NCBI RefSeq assembly: GCF_009914755.1
Contig: NC_060927.1
Reading direction: 5' to 3' (one strand)
DNA: 64,000 bases
DNA from: the human T2T-CHM13v2.0 reference genome, Homo sapiens
Part shown: piece after piece, positions 1-14,390 of the stretch
Position numbering within the stretch: position 1 is the stretch's first letter
Layout of the letters: every line of letters begins with the position of its first letter
Translations under genes and position numbers: made by a program
The notes under the pieces: generated by a model
Seen by the model: the letters and a program-made list of their open reading frames with translations, nothing else
Database searches by the model: none
What the model was told of the DNA's origin: nothing

Positions 1-29
1 ATACTCAATACATTCAATGAGTAGGTAAA

Positions 30-480
30 ACATTTCCTCAAAGAAAACTCCAAGCCTAAGTTATACACTTTTTTCAAGGAAATGATAATTCCAATATTTC
101 TCGACATTTTCTAGTGAACAGAAAAAATAAGGAATAATCTCCAGGTCACTTTTAGAGGTGAAAATAACTTTGAAAGTAAAGCCAAAAAAGGATAGCCAGA
201 AAAGGATAAATAGGCAAAAGTACTACAGAAAATATTAGCAAACAGCTAACATCCAAGTATTTTTTTAAAACTGCATAAACTCCAACTTGAAACTAACCCA
301 GGAATAGAAGGTCACCTAATACTAGTAAATGTTCACCATATTAACATATTAAAGAAAGACGGCATCAATATCCCAGTAAAACTAAGAAGGGAATTTAAAA
401 TAATAAATCATTCATTATAAAAACTAAACTAGCTGATAAATATGTGATAAAGGGAATCTATAAAATCCAGGGTAAACATA
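30..480 (+). mobile_element. Ancient L1 (L1M-type) ORF2 remnant
   Basis: A-rich, degenerate similarity to L1 ORF2 (aaactccaagcc...aaggaaatgataattccaat...ggaatagaagg); no intact ORF. Confidence 0.55.
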
Positions 481-1397
481 TCAGATGTATGGCCTTTTCA
501 CTTTCATTTTATCACAACCACTATTTTCAAGCCACTCGAACATTAAGATACAATCTCTTTAGTTTTTCACTAGTGTTAAAAGTGGAGCATCAACCATATT
601 TTCATTTACTCATTTACCCATGAAGGACACAGAAGTACTTTCTCCATAGCTGAGAGAAACAAAGAAGTTATGGCTAATCATATAAATATACAACATAGTC
701 AAGAGAAGAGACACAGCTAAATTGAACAATTAGAGAGAACATTTTTCAATGACAGCACTTGAACATCCATTTGCCTGCAGCAAAGACAGTTAAGATTCCT
801 CTGAAGTCATGAGCATCCTACTAATACAAGGGTCTCCATTCTAATCCCTTCTTTCAGTTAGCGTATAACTTTTTCTTCAAGGCTATGAAGTTAAAGCAAT
901 GCTCTACTGTAGCTAATAATTTGGAATTACTCATATAGTAATTATCTTCTACTTCTTTTCTCATCTTCTTTGGTTTTTTATCAGAAATCTATGTCCCAAC
1001 CACATGAATATTAAACAACATTTTTTATCTTTCCAGTCCAATGTGGTGTCAGGTGAAGAATACCCAATGTTGCTTCTTGTAACTTCCAAATAAAACACTT
1101 AGAAAAACACCAAAAATGCAGAACAAAACAAAAAATATAATTTCACTGTACAGCAACACAGCTAAGCAATCAAATGTCAATATATAGGGAATAAATAAAA
1201 CTTGTAAAGCAGAGGGGGACAGACTGGAGGGAAACCTAAGGTATTCAATGTTACATCTTAGGTTTGCTTTATGAAAGGGAGAATTATAATAAAGGTAGGA
1301 AAATAGTATGTACTTCACTCACCTTATGTATCCTCATATGGTGCACCCCAACTCAGAAACTCAAGGACAGTACCAAACAAAGAAAATGAATAATTTC

Positions 1398-1852
1398 TGT
1401 TGGGAGAGGCAATCTTCCATGTGCTCTGGGCTCTCTTGCAAGTTTTTGCTGGGTGTGCCAAGAAGGAATGAATGGTCTAACTGCTCATTGCCATGCTCTC
1501 ATCTCAGGGATGTGTTTGCAGAGAGCAACCTGGGGGGATAAGGTAATGTCTCCCTCTGGGACAAGGACCAGGCTTGCTTACTGTTTGCTGTAAAAGAGAT
1601 GGATTATCTAAGCCCAGTGTTTCCCATAGATGGGTGCAGTATCTACCCTAACCTTTTTGCATTTCTCTGTGGGACTTGGAGTTAAGGGGAACTCAATCAA
1701 ACATGCTGAACCTCATGATGCTTTATGTTCTAAGAATAATAAAGTCCTTAGTCACTGACCTGGGAGCCTCATGTCTTCTTCCAGCCTCCATGAAACAGTA
1801 AGACTAGCTTGTTAGCTCCTAAATAGATTAAAATCCCATCCCTCATTCAACA
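1398..1852 (+). mobile_element. Solo LTR (ERVL-class, LTR47-like)
   Basis: Starts TGTTGGGAGA; GC-richer ~450 bp block with AATAAA near 1740 followed by a U5-like tail. Confidence 0.55.
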
Positions 1853-2269
1853 ACTTCACCCCACTCTGCCCATATAAAGTGCTGGCCAAGAACTAGGGGC
1901 AGACTGCAAGAGGTGAAAGATAATTTTAGAGGTATTTTCTCATACATGTCGTATTCTTTTTTTCTCTTACAAGTCATACTTTTCAGGAGGGGCTGACTGA
2001 GGAAATACCTGTAAGTTTATTATATTTCTTCATATGTTATCAGGTATGAAATTAAGAATCCATAGTAGAAAAACATCACTAGAGGAATGTATGTATCACT
2101 TTATAAGAGGAATGACTCCTAGAAACAAGGAATTAGGCTGCGAATTGCTCATCTGCCACTCTTCACAGGGCAAAGACTGCAGGGCCTGGGTAGTCCACCA
2201 ACACCATCTTGTAGACAAAGACTGAGTTTAGACAAGATTTGTTTTAGAACCTATTGAACATACTTAAGC

Positions 2270-3750
2270 ATAAAAATAGAAACACCAAATGGAAGCGGTG
2301 GAGGAAACCCTGCCTCTAAGATCATAAATAGCATTTCAGAAAACTGACTGTATCTTCAAAAGAATACAAAAAGAATACAAAAATATGAATCAGGAACAGG
2401 AAGTCATAGGAAAGAACAGGCTGAGATGAAAAGAATTTCAAAGAATGGGACACAAAAAAAGAAATCCAATATAGATGATCATGCCATTTGAAAATATAAA
2501 TTGAACATAAAACTAAAATATATAAAAGGAAACTCTCCTGAACTGTATACAAAATGTATAAGTACAAAAAAGGAATTTTTCAAGTTCTAAGCAAAGTAAA
2601 TTAAAATAACCTAAACTTAGCTATATGCTGGAAATCTATATGTTTTAAACTAGAAAGATGAAGAAAAAATAATCCTCCAATATACAACCAAGCGAACCCC
2701 AAAATACAAGGGGTGGTGGTGAACTCCCCAAAACCAGAAATTAGCCTGGCCACCTTCCTCTCCTCAGCAGCACTAGTTCCAGAAGACAACAGAGCAAAAC
2801 ACTCGGAATTCTCTGTTAAACAGCTCCAAGACTCAACATTTATTATCAACCAAATGATGTCCTCACTTTCAAGGGAATATGATGACATTCCTTAAAATGA
2901 AAAAGCATGAAACATACTTGAATTTTTTAATGTAACATAGTAAATGTTACAAATATTTTAAAATTTATTGAGAAATTTTAAGAAATAAGAATATAAAAAT
3001 AAGAAGAGGTCTAGTAGTTGGCAGTAATGCCAGGTAAAACATGGATACATCATAGATTTTGCCAAAATTCTAGTTAACAACTATATGCACATACACAATT
3101 ATCTATGAGAAGACTATTACATATATATTTATACATATCCAAACATATATATATATTCCTATATACATTAAAATAACATAATTTAAATCAACCATGGAAA
3201 TTGCACTAAACCTGCAAAATATAGCTCAAGAGGAAAAAGGAAACCAAACTCTTTGTTTAAAACAGAGAAACTCTGAAAAAATAAACTTAAATTCTGTCTA
3301 TTAGAGAAATATATACAAAGTACTTTAGTTAACTTAAGGGTAACTAGTTGTATAATATAAACATCACATATAGCTTTCAAAATATGCAGAGAAGATACAA
3401 GTAAAAAATATTTTGCCTACAGAAAGAAATAAAGAGAAAACAAAGGAAAGAACAAAATAAATATGAAAAACAGAACACACAGAATATAATGGCACAAGCA
3501 AAGCCAACCCTTGCCGTTGTTAAAATAGAAAGCAAAAGAATAGGCTAGACATTAAATGACCCATCATTAATTTAATAAAAAGTTTATGGGGAAAACAGAA
3601 AGAATACTACCTCATTATAAGAACACATGCATTGCAATTTCAGAATTATTGAGGTGTGAATAACTACAAGAAATCTCAGAACCAAGGTAATCATGATATG
3701 CATTATGTACAAAATACACAACTAAAATAAAGAGAGACTAATAAAAAGAA
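2270..3750 (+). mobile_element. Ancient L1/HAL1 ORF1-like remnant
   Basis: Very A-rich strand bias and ORF1-like motifs (ctcctcagcagcactag..ccagaagacaa); heavily decayed. Confidence 0.45.
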
Positions 3751-4206
3751 AAAAAAAGAGAGAAAATAAGCAAAGATAAAAAATAAATTGAGCCTCTGGG
3801 TCCAAGTTCAAATTTCCTAGAGAAAGCATGTGACTTTCTCAGGTTGGGCTATGTGCCCACCTAGGTCCAAATAACATGGTACAAAATGGCTCCCAGAGCC
3901 CAGGCGTCAGTGGGAGCTGTGCTGAGGGTAATTTGTGAGGTCATCTGTGATAAGACCCCAGAGGAGTCAACAACATGTCACCACATATGGTAACTTCTTC
4001 TTGTTCTGACAGTCTTTCTTCCTTAATATTTTCAGGTTTGTCAGATGGAATTTTCTAAAAGTTCTTCAAAAGCAAGGACCATCTCTGACAATTCTTTCGC
4101 ATTTTTTCCACAGTAAAATGCACATAGTAGCTGCTCAATAAAAATATCCTCAACTGCATTCTTTTCTGTTCCCTAAACAGAATCCTTGTGAAATACTAAA
4201 ATAGAG

Positions 4207-4283
4207 CACACACACACACACACACACACCCCTACATGCACACATGCACACCAGCATACACACAGACATACACACACACACAC
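4207..4283. repeat. Interrupted (CA)n microsatellite
   Basis: Two CA runs with degenerate CA-rich spacer, read directly. Confidence 0.9.
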
Positions 4284-4461
4284 ATTTAAAGCTCTGATTT
4301 GAACACTATAAAATGTCCAAAAATCATACTGAATTGCTTTCTCAGTCTATTTACTGAATTAATAAAACCCATGTATTATTTCTGAAATCCAAAACGACTA
4401 CACAAATTAAGTTACATATTTTCTAATGTTGGATTTGCTAGACATGTGAACATAAACTTAC

Positions 4462-4637
4462 AGGCAAACTGAAGTTTGGCTTCTCTGCTGACAATTGTTC
4501 CAAGTGAATTTGTTGCAAAACATTGGTAAGTTCCTGTATCCCAATTTCTGTTGGGATTAATAACCACAAGATTTCCTCCATTCAACTTATAACGATGTTC
4601 CATACTCATATCAATATCACTTCCATTCAGCTGCCAT
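4462..4637 (-). CDS. CNTN3: CNTN3 exon 4 (176 nt): [59 protein letters not shown]-half of Ig domain 1
   Basis: Acceptor ttttacag|ATGGCAG, donor GCCT|gtaagt. Ig core Trp62, D-x-G-x-Y-x-C100 motif and an NGS glycosylation sequon. Confidence 0.97.
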
Positions 4638-6122
4638 CTGTAAAACAAATATCAAGGTTCCCCCCCCTTAGTATTTTTAACTTAAAAGAAGGCTCTCCAT
4701 TATAAAATCTACTTTAAACATTATCCCTCAAAAGTAAAAAGTGATACATATATTATTCAAGTGTTACATAACTGAAGATCAAATATGCCCAAGTATTTAT
4801 CAGAAACGAAAAGTTAAAGCACAGTAGAAAGTATAACAGAGTAGCATCTAGCAGTTAAAGTTTTTAAAGGTTTCTTAGGAGGTGGGAATGATTTCATTTG
4901 TTCACTGGGGAAAAATTAGGCTAGGTCTGTATAGGCAAAGATGAAGTAGAAAGTTGAGATAATTATCTCAGATACTTTAGGCCAAGCTCCTGCTGACAAT
5001 GAAGGAAGAAAACAGCACATTTCTTTGATTTATCCAGATTGACTGAGCACATTTAATAAATTAATTGGGTAAGTGCTCAACTATCCATTTCAATTTGTCT
5101 GGGTAAATACCTGTCCCCGAGGCATTCTCCACTTTTTTAAGCCATTACAGTGCTATTTACAAAATGGTACACTGTGGTAAATGACCATAAACACTACCTA
5201 GGGGGTCGGAAAAGGTAAAGGCACTAACCCCAGAGCCATATTTATCAACGAGAAGCCTAAAGATAAATGAAGAGAGAAGCTGGTTTTTAAATAAGAGGTT
5301 TTAAGCTGAAAGTTTTTAAACAGTAAGTATGCTTGACATATCACAGTACTTCACCTTTAAATACTCATTCATATCCCACAATCTCAAGAACACATTACCG
5401 TAAAAAACAGGGCACCCAGCTCCTAGATGACCCAATTTTTATAATAAAATTACACTGCCATCAGTTCTGTAAATTGTAGCATATTATAACAATGGTCATA
5501 TCAATTATTTTTATAATAATTTGCCAAAAATGAAAACTATAATGCCCATTTTATAGATAATGATTTTAATAAAGCAACCATGTGAGTTGACAACTGTCCC
5601 CAAAACTATTAATTGGTGGGATCAGGAGTGGCACCTACTTGAATTCCAGCTCAGAGTTCTTCAATGATGTTATGGGCCATCTAAAAATTGTTGCTTTAAT
5701 ATATACAATATTTAACCTGCACATATGTTGAGAAAACATATAAAGAGATGAAATGTGAACATCATCTCAAATACAAGTGCATAAAGTTAAATGGAATATT
5801 ACACAACTGTGAAAATGGGCCACTTTTATAAACATGGCTGACTCAAGCAATGGTGCATAAAAAGGTAAATTAAAAAATTCAGTTAGATACCATTTATGTG
5901 AAGTTTTAAAATACAGTTGACGTTTATAATTTTCAGATCTTTTAAAATACACTTACATTATAATGTATAATACATTAAAATATATAATCATTATACATAA
6001 TTATTTTATATATTTATATATAATTATACTGTATAATTATATAGTGTAATACATCAATATTACATAATTATTAATTATGTACTAAGTGTATTTTAAAAGG
6101 TATGAAAATTATAAACCTCAAC

Positions 6123-6418
<296 letters not shown>

Positions 6419-7119
6419 ATAAACTTCAACTTTAAGGTATTTTAAAGCTCTCATGGAGAGAGAGTAGGAAATTTAGCTTTTTTGGTTTTAGTTCTTAAAT
6501 TAAGAAGTAATTATATGGATGTTTATCATTATGCCCTATTGTATGTCTGTATCATTTTCTATATCTGAAATAATGCATAATGAAGTTTTAATGACTGAGT
6601 AGTAAAGAAAATGGGTGAGTTTATAAGTTTAATCCGTACTGCTCAAAGTTTATTTTATCATTTGCTAATTTTAAAAATCAAGGCTTTCTCACTTTTTCTG
6701 TTTTCCTTCACATATGACCTCCTCAGGTCTTAAAGCAACATTTTTAATAAGAAGACCCAAATGAAATTAAGAGAATAAACTGGAGGTTCCATTCCAACTC
6801 TTCTCTTTTGAACTGGAACAAAATTAGAAAGAAAAATCTGCAACATCTTTTTCATTTACGGCAGATTTCTGCTATTGGTTTTTGTTTGGTTTATTTGCAA
6901 AGTAAACTCTCTTATTATCCTTCCCAAATCAAGTCCATATCTCATGAACATTTGTGTCACTATGTCTCATTTTGATTTTAAGTCTACCCTTAAGGTTTGA
7001 ATTTGAACTGGGAGCACTCATAAACCTTCTTTCATCTTATTCCATCCCAAGTCCTAGAACTACAGAAATTCAGAAAAGCAAGTAAAATAAAGAAAAAGTA
7101 TCCACTCACACTCTTTGTG

Positions 7120-7281
7120 AATACTCTGAAACACAATATGGTCTGCAGGCCAGCATTATCACCCCATGAGAGTCTGTTGGAGACGCAGAATCTATGGCCC
7201 TAAACCATATCTACTGAGTCAGAATCTGCATCTTAAGATTTTCCAGTGACTAATATGCATATTCAAGTTTGAGAAGAACTG
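7120..7281. mobile_element. MER5A-like hAT-Charlie MITE
   Basis: gcagaatct...ctactgagtcagaatctgcat...aagtttgagaagaactg matches the MER5A core. Confidence 0.75.
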
Positions 7282-7393
7282 ATCTAGACCATCCCCAACA
7301 AGTAACCATGGACTGCCTACAGTAGACACAAGCAGAAAAGAACTGCTCACTTTTAATTTAGCCTATTTCATATTCAACAACCGATTAGAAAGC

Positions 7394-7465
7394 CCTTCCC
7401 TCCCTCCTCCCCTTCCCTTCCTCCTTCCCTCCCTTCTTTCTTTTCTTCCTTCCCTTCCTCCCTTC
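7394..7465. repeat. CT-rich polypyrimidine low-complexity tract
   Basis: About 70 nt composed only of C and T. Confidence 0.85.
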
Positions 7466-9216
7466 CTCTCTCCCTCCCTTCTTCTCAATCAGTAAAAAAA
7501 CATTTATGAAGTGTCTATACTGGGCAATTTTCTATGTTCTGAAGTTGTGGTAAAAGGTCCCTGACTTCATGAAGCTCACATTTTTTAGATTTTTTCCCCT
7601 AGTTTCCTAGTTTCTGTTCCCACCCCCACCCCTCTGCCTAATCCCCAGGCCTTAGTCATGCCTTTCAACCAACAGCATAATGAAAAGAAATGGGATTTGG
7701 TACCAACTGCTCATTGGTTTATCAGTTGGACTCACCTGACACCCACTGCATGACCATGGAAAATTACCTAACACCCCTGAACCTAAGCTTTTAACATATA
7801 AAATGGAGAGAATGCCATCTATCCCATAGGATTGCTCTTCAAATTTATTCAGACAATGTATGCAAAGCTCTCAGCTCAGTGCTTCCACAGGGAAGGCATT
7901 CAACAAACGGGCAAATATCATGGTTAGTATGGGAGGAGGTCCCATCAAAGGCTGCAAACCCATCTGTCCCCTTTGCTTCTCTTCTGTTCCATTCCCATCA
8001 AGCACATGTTGGTTCTATGTTCGATTGAATGCTTTTAGTCCTCTCCTTTTACATGGAACAGACTATGTCTTCCACCTATGGTTGGATGACATTGGTACCT
8101 GCCCTGAGATGTCAGCAAAAAGTGGGATGAGAATACATACTGACATTGACTTTTAAAGAATACATCTGACAGTAAATCACAAGTGGGTGGGTTTAATTTT
8201 TAAGCTGTAAGAGATTTCTCAGTTACTAAGTGACTAAATGCTTGCAGCGGGAAAAGCTCCTCTAAACCCAAATCAGAAAAGATGCAGTTAAGTTCAAACA
8301 CTTTTGAAGGAAAGACTCTCATGACAAAGGGCACTTGAGTTTATCTTACCTAAGAAGAGCAGTTTTTATAGGAAAAAACACTTTTTAGCTCAGGACTTAG
8401 AATGTTTATGGCCTGACTAAGCATGCCTGATGGCTTCATTTGAAAATTGTGTTTTTCTGTTTAGCTGAAGAATAATCAAGGTACAGTGGCTATATGGAAA
8501 ATTTTAAAGATAAAAAAATATGGAGAAGCACTTATTCTTACATATTTAACAGATGGAAAGATTTAAGAAACCATAAAGTATGCTGGAATATACTTTATTT
8601 CATTAGGTGTCCAAGATGTAAAACTATCATCCTTATGTTTTGACTGAAGAATCAAAAGGAGAAAGATTTGTTCCATTACACACAAACGCTTCTCACTTCC
8701 TTTAGTTCGGTCTTCATCATACAGACACAATCTCTAGATTATTTCACTATATGAAAAGGCAAAGACTATTATTTTTAAAATATGTTCCTGCATTTTTAAA
8801 TATGTTCCCAAAGTATTAGTGTATTCACGTTAGTAAACTCTTTAGAGCTAAAATATACTTGCCATAACCAGAAGAATGTTAATTTTCTTTTAACAAAGCA
8901 ATATAATTATTTTTCTCCTGCCTAATACTATTCATCATTAAATGGAACTCACCCCAGGTTATATAAAATTTCTCAATATCTTATTAAACACTGATTGTTT
9001 TTCCTCTTGCTGAAAATATGTGAACTCAAAAGGGGTGTCTTTGTTTAAACTCTGAAATGTGCAAGTAATCTCTGGGCCTAAGCTGCCAACAGATATTAAT
9101 ATTTTATCCTGAGAAACAAACTAGTATATGTAAGTTCCCAATGCAAAATACTCATATTTGGGACTGATTTCTAAGTATGTCTAGTATTTTCATTCATGTA
9201 AGAAATGAATAATAAG

Positions 9217-9535
9217 GGCCAGGCACAGTGGCTCATGCCTGTAATCCTAGTACTTTGGGAGGCCAAGCTGGGAAGATCTCTTGGAGCCAGTAGTTTGAGA
9301 CCAGCCTGGGCAACACGGAGAAACCATCTTTACAAAAAAAAAAATGTGAAAATTAGCCAGGTGTGATGGCATGTGCTTGTAGTCCCAGCTACTCGGGAGA
9401 CTAAGGTGAGAGGGCTTAAGCCTGGAAGATGGAAGTTGCTGCCAGCTGAGATGGCACCACTGCACTCCAGTGTTGGCAACAGAACCAGATCCTGTCTCAA
9501 AAAACAAAAAACAAAAAACAAACAAACAAAAAAAA
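9217..9535 (+). mobile_element. AluJ
   Basis: ggccaggcacagtggctcatgcctgtaatcc...; dimeric, diverged, (A/CAAA)n tail. Confidence 0.92.
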
Positions 9536-12500
9536 CTTGAAGGGATACGCAGGTTCAGCTCCTTCTTTTACAAAGTATGTGTCCAATAAATCTTCAAATT
9601 AGACTCATTTTCTTTGCAGGAAACTGTAATCCAACTGTCTGGGCTTCATGAACACAACATTCAAACATTCAGTAGTAAGCTGTGACAGGTAAATGGCACA
9701 CTCAGGTCATAAATTTGGGAAGCTTTTAGTAGTAAACATTGCCTTTTGGTTCTGCATATTCATAATTCTTTGTAAAAATTACAAATTTCTACTTTTACCA
9801 AGGAATTTAAAAGTTCACCAGGAACTCTAAGTATCAGAATGAAATCTTTTTGAAATATGAAAATTATGTAAAACTTCATAAAAGTATATTTGTATACCCA
9901 AATCCCATTCCAAAAGGCTTAATGCAGTGATCTGGAACAAAAGAAGACAACCTCGTGTCTCTTGGGGCTACACACCCCAGCATTTCAATCATATAACATT
10001 TACATTGTGCTCCAGAAGCAGAGTAGCCTTGTAGCTTCAGCTTGGTGGTAAATGTCACAAGATTAAACACTGTTGCATAATTATCATGTTGTAACACACT
10101 TGAATGATCCTACAAGTTCAGTGTCAGCCTTCAGTGTTCAAACACTCATTTTACACAAATTAGAATCTGCTTTTAGAATCACAAGTGAGAAATGATTTAT
10201 TACTCATATTTCACAAATCTAGTAATTCTCAATGAGCTTTCATCCTCTTAAACTGGTTTGTGTGAAGGTTCTATGTGAACTTGTGTCTCAGTCAATAATC
10301 AGAGAGAAATATTTGGGGTACTGGAATTAGAAGTCCTGGGTTACTGGCCTACTTAAGGGAGCGTATCTTTGATCAATCCCCTTCTTTTAAATCTTAGTTA
10401 CATTCTCTACACACAACAGGGACACTGGCTAGAAAAGGTAGTGTCTGAGAGAACTGGACCAAGCCTAATAAAATATAATGGTGGAGTCTAAAGCAGATTT
10501 CCACCTATAAATGAATTTGAATACAATTTCCTTAAAACAGCTGCATGCCCTGAGGCCAACAATTTTTGATTCTTGAATAGAGAGCATAATATACCTGACA
10601 TAGGAGATATTTCAAAACTGGTAGTTATTACTCCTAAATGATAAAAACTTTCATTGTCACTTTCAGGAAATAAACTAAAACATCAGTGGCTGAGGGTATA
10701 AAAATCACTGCCTTCCAACACAAAGAACAAACTATGTTTGAGAGACAGAAAGAAAACGAATGTGTGTGTGTGTGTATGTGTGTGCCTGTAAACACAAATT
10801 TGTATAATAATGAGTTAAATCAGTAAAAAAGCCTAAATTCTAAGAGTCAAAAGGTGCTTTTCAAAGTATGTAAACTCCACTGGATAATGACTATTTCAAT
10901 CACTGTTGAATTTCTACCATCAGGCATCATATTTTGTACATGACAGGGACTAATAGAAGTTTCTTGAATAAAGCAATCTAATTCTATTTTCTACCCTAGC
11001 CATTACTAACCTCCGCATAGTCTTCACGGACTGTGGTCATCCATATTGCCAATAAACAATCTTAAAGATAGAGGGAATTAATACATCATTATTTTCCTTT
11101 ATCTTACTAGTTATTATTATTTAACATATTAGGTATTATCAGAAATGGCAACCTTTTCACAAAACCACACTAGCATATGGAATAACAATAATGAATATAA
11201 ACACAGATCTATGTTGTCATTGCTATAATTTAAAGCAGCAGGCTCTAAATTGTGTCTTCCATTTGAACTTGCTAATAAGGCTAGGCAATATCACAACTTG
11301 AAATTGAAGCTAACAAAACCGACTTTAAGTAGTTTAAAAAATAAACCCCAAATAGAATTCACCTCACAGTTGATTATATAAAGCTATTGTCTTTCAGAAT
11401 ATCTACTCTGTCACACAAGATCTGGTCTGGACAATGGACATACAAACAACATTCTAGAGAGAAACAAACGTTGCATTTTAAACTTCAGCATGAACCAACG
11501 CGAAAAGAACAAAATAACTTACGAAAATTTGGGGGGGTCTGGGATTTGGGTTTAGGAAATATGCCCACACTAAACACTTGTTAAATCAACAGGCAATACT
11601 TTATTTGGGGTTTGACAGGAAAATTAGAAATTTAATCACAGAAGCAATTTGTGGTTTTAGATGCAGCTTTCAAGTTAATAAGCAAATGTGTCTGTGTTCA
11701 AATGCAATGTTTGTTAATATGTTTACTGAAGTGATGAGAATAATTGCAGCCTTCGAAAGAATGAATGTCTGAATTTGCATATTCAATACTTTATCCAAAA
11801 ATAACTAGTTAGACTTCAGCAATAATTGCTAAAGACCTAAATGAGTTAAAGTTGCCATGCTGTTTTTTTAAAAAATTGAATGTTTAAAATGTGTTTTATG
11901 ATATAGATTCCCATTTCTCACTCATCGATCAATTTTGAACATACATAAAAACATAAAACAGATTAGAGAGCCACATTGGGATTAAAAACAACTGTTCACT
12001 TTCCATGGTTCTAACCTGGTTCATATCAATCAGGGATTCTCTTAAAATTATTTCAAGGAGTGTTACAGATGTTTTCCCTTATTGCCTTCCCTGCAGCCAT
12101 CTTAGCTTTTCCTGGTAGCAGCTCCTCTATTCTCCTTTAAAGCAGCCCTCCTCATACGACCCTGGCCTGGCCAGTCAGAACATTCCATGGCTCAACCTTA
12201 CCGATTGCTTAAGAATGTGAATGTGACCCAACTGATTTAGCTTGTGTTTGATCAATACGTGTACATCCATTCCCCTTGCCCCACTGAAAAAACACAAGAA
12301 AGAGAAACAAAAAAAGGATATGATTTATTTTGTTATACTATCACCTTTAATATCTAAAATCTAACCTTTATGTCTCTGCTGGGTATTGACTACTGACAGG
12401 ATTAGCTTCATTTTTATTTCACATTTTTCTGACACCATTTGGAGTTTTTGATGACATTTATTAGAAAGATACTCTACTCTTCCAGTTGACATTTTGCAGA

Positions 12501-13999
12501 AGAAATGAGTAGCCTGGAGTTCCAGGCAGCCATCTTTGTCACCTCAAGGCAATTTGTCTTTAAATGGAGCCAAAAAATAAGACTCAGTACAAATTTAAGA
12601 ATATCTTACAGAATCAACTATTAACAACTTCTGACCCTGTGATCCTTCATGATATTATTGACTCCTGAAATATAATACAATCCCAAATTCCATTATTTGT
12701 TTTCCACCTTTTTACCTTTATACCACTTTGTTGATGCCACTAATTAGGCATTCACTATTTTGCTAGGCATTTGGAATGTAAGAATGAAGGACACACTTCA
12801 CCGTTAAAGGTGTCTTCACTTTTAAAGGAGTTACAGCCTACTAGGGCAATCTGACTTCATTTTGATAAGCTTTATCATATAGGTAATGCAATGCAACGGT
12901 TGGGCACATTGTTTGAGCACAGAATCCAGCACTAAGGATGTCAAGAACGCTTCCTAGGAGAGATGATAGTGCAACCAAGTTTAAGTTGCCCAGTAAGAGG
13001 TGTATCTACCTCTGTTTGCCTCAGGCACTGTAGATATTCTTTAGTGTGTTTATGTTTTGTCTTCATTCCACCATGTGGCTATTTGATTACTCTCAAATGT
13101 GGCTGATTGTGGGTGTGGGGACCAGAGCTCACCAGCTGGAGAAGCCAGGATGTGGAAAGGAGTTGAACTTGAGCATGAACACAGAGAACTGGACTTATAA
13201 ATCTGACAAAAAGGATTTCATTTCTTTAAGTGCCAAAATAATTTAGAGGAACAATAACTCGTCTTGACACATAAAAGTAAAATAACAATGATATCAGATC
13301 TTACATAGCAATAAGAAATATGTAAAGGACAAATTGCATATAATCAAAATTATGCTTAAAATGTCATATATATGCTATATTATGATAGACTAGCATATAG
13401 CACATATACTATATATGTACTATATATTCTAAAAATGGAACACTATATGTATATAGAATTGACAGCATACACATAGTGTGTGTATATATACATATAGCAC
13501 CAAATACAGTACTATGTATAGTACTCTGTGTGCCTAGATATATATTACTGTGTCAATATATAGACAAGAAATAAACTCAGACTTCCCTTCCTTACATCCA
13601 CTCCTTGAATAAATGGTTAGCAGAATTTAGCATATTATTTTATTTTCCCTTTCTTTCTTATACTGAATGCATTTAGTTGACTATCAGTAAATTAAATGCA
13701 TTCAGTTGACTATCAGTAAATTAAATATGTGCAGGATGTGACTCCATTATAGACAACCATGTTTAAGGGCAACTGTGGCCAGGAAAGACCTCCACTTTGC
13801 AATGATATTTAGCCCTTACAACTTCTGTATCCAAGATTCCTTACACTCTATTAAAATTGTTTACCTGTTCCTATAGAGCTGAAAGAGAATAACGTTCTGT
13901 TTACTTCCTTGTGAAGAGAGAAAAATGAAAGCATTTATAGAAAAGAGTTGTGGGCCCAGGGGTCGACCTGAAACATTCTGCAAGCCTGGACATATTCAT

Positions 14000-14152
14000 C
14001 TGTACTGTCAAATACAGTGGCAACTAGCCACACGTGGCTACCAAGCACTTGAAATGAAGCTTCTGTGACTGAACAACTGAATTTTTAATTTAACTTAATT
14101 GATTTAAATTTCAAGGGCCACATGTGATTACTGGCTACCATATTGGACAGCA
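14000..14152. mobile_element. MER3 hAT-Charlie MITE
   Basis: ctgtactgtcaaatacagtggcaactagccacacgtggcta...ccacatgtgattactggctaccatattggacagca with terminal inverted repeats. Confidence 0.8.
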
Positions 14153-14174
14153 AACCTCTAAGTCTTGAGCTAGA

Positions 14175-14390
14175 CTAAAAGTTGGAAACACAAGGCCCAC
14201 ATGGGCCACATTCAGACTTACGACTTACCTTTTTTGGTCTACATTATGTTTTAAAAGAAAAACAGAGTTAACAGTAAAGTTAGAGATTCCAAAATGAAAA
14301 TATCTAAATTGTAAAACTCTCTTAGAAAGCTTTGGTAATACCGGACCAGGATTCCTAGATGGTAACAATTGGCCAGTGCTGAGAAGCAGT
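14175..14390. mobile_element. MER103C-like hAT fragment (similar fragments near 29030-29225 and 53600-53885)
   Basis: ggcccacatgggccacatt...tctcttagaaagctttggtaataccgg resembles MER103C; old and diverged. Confidence 0.45.
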
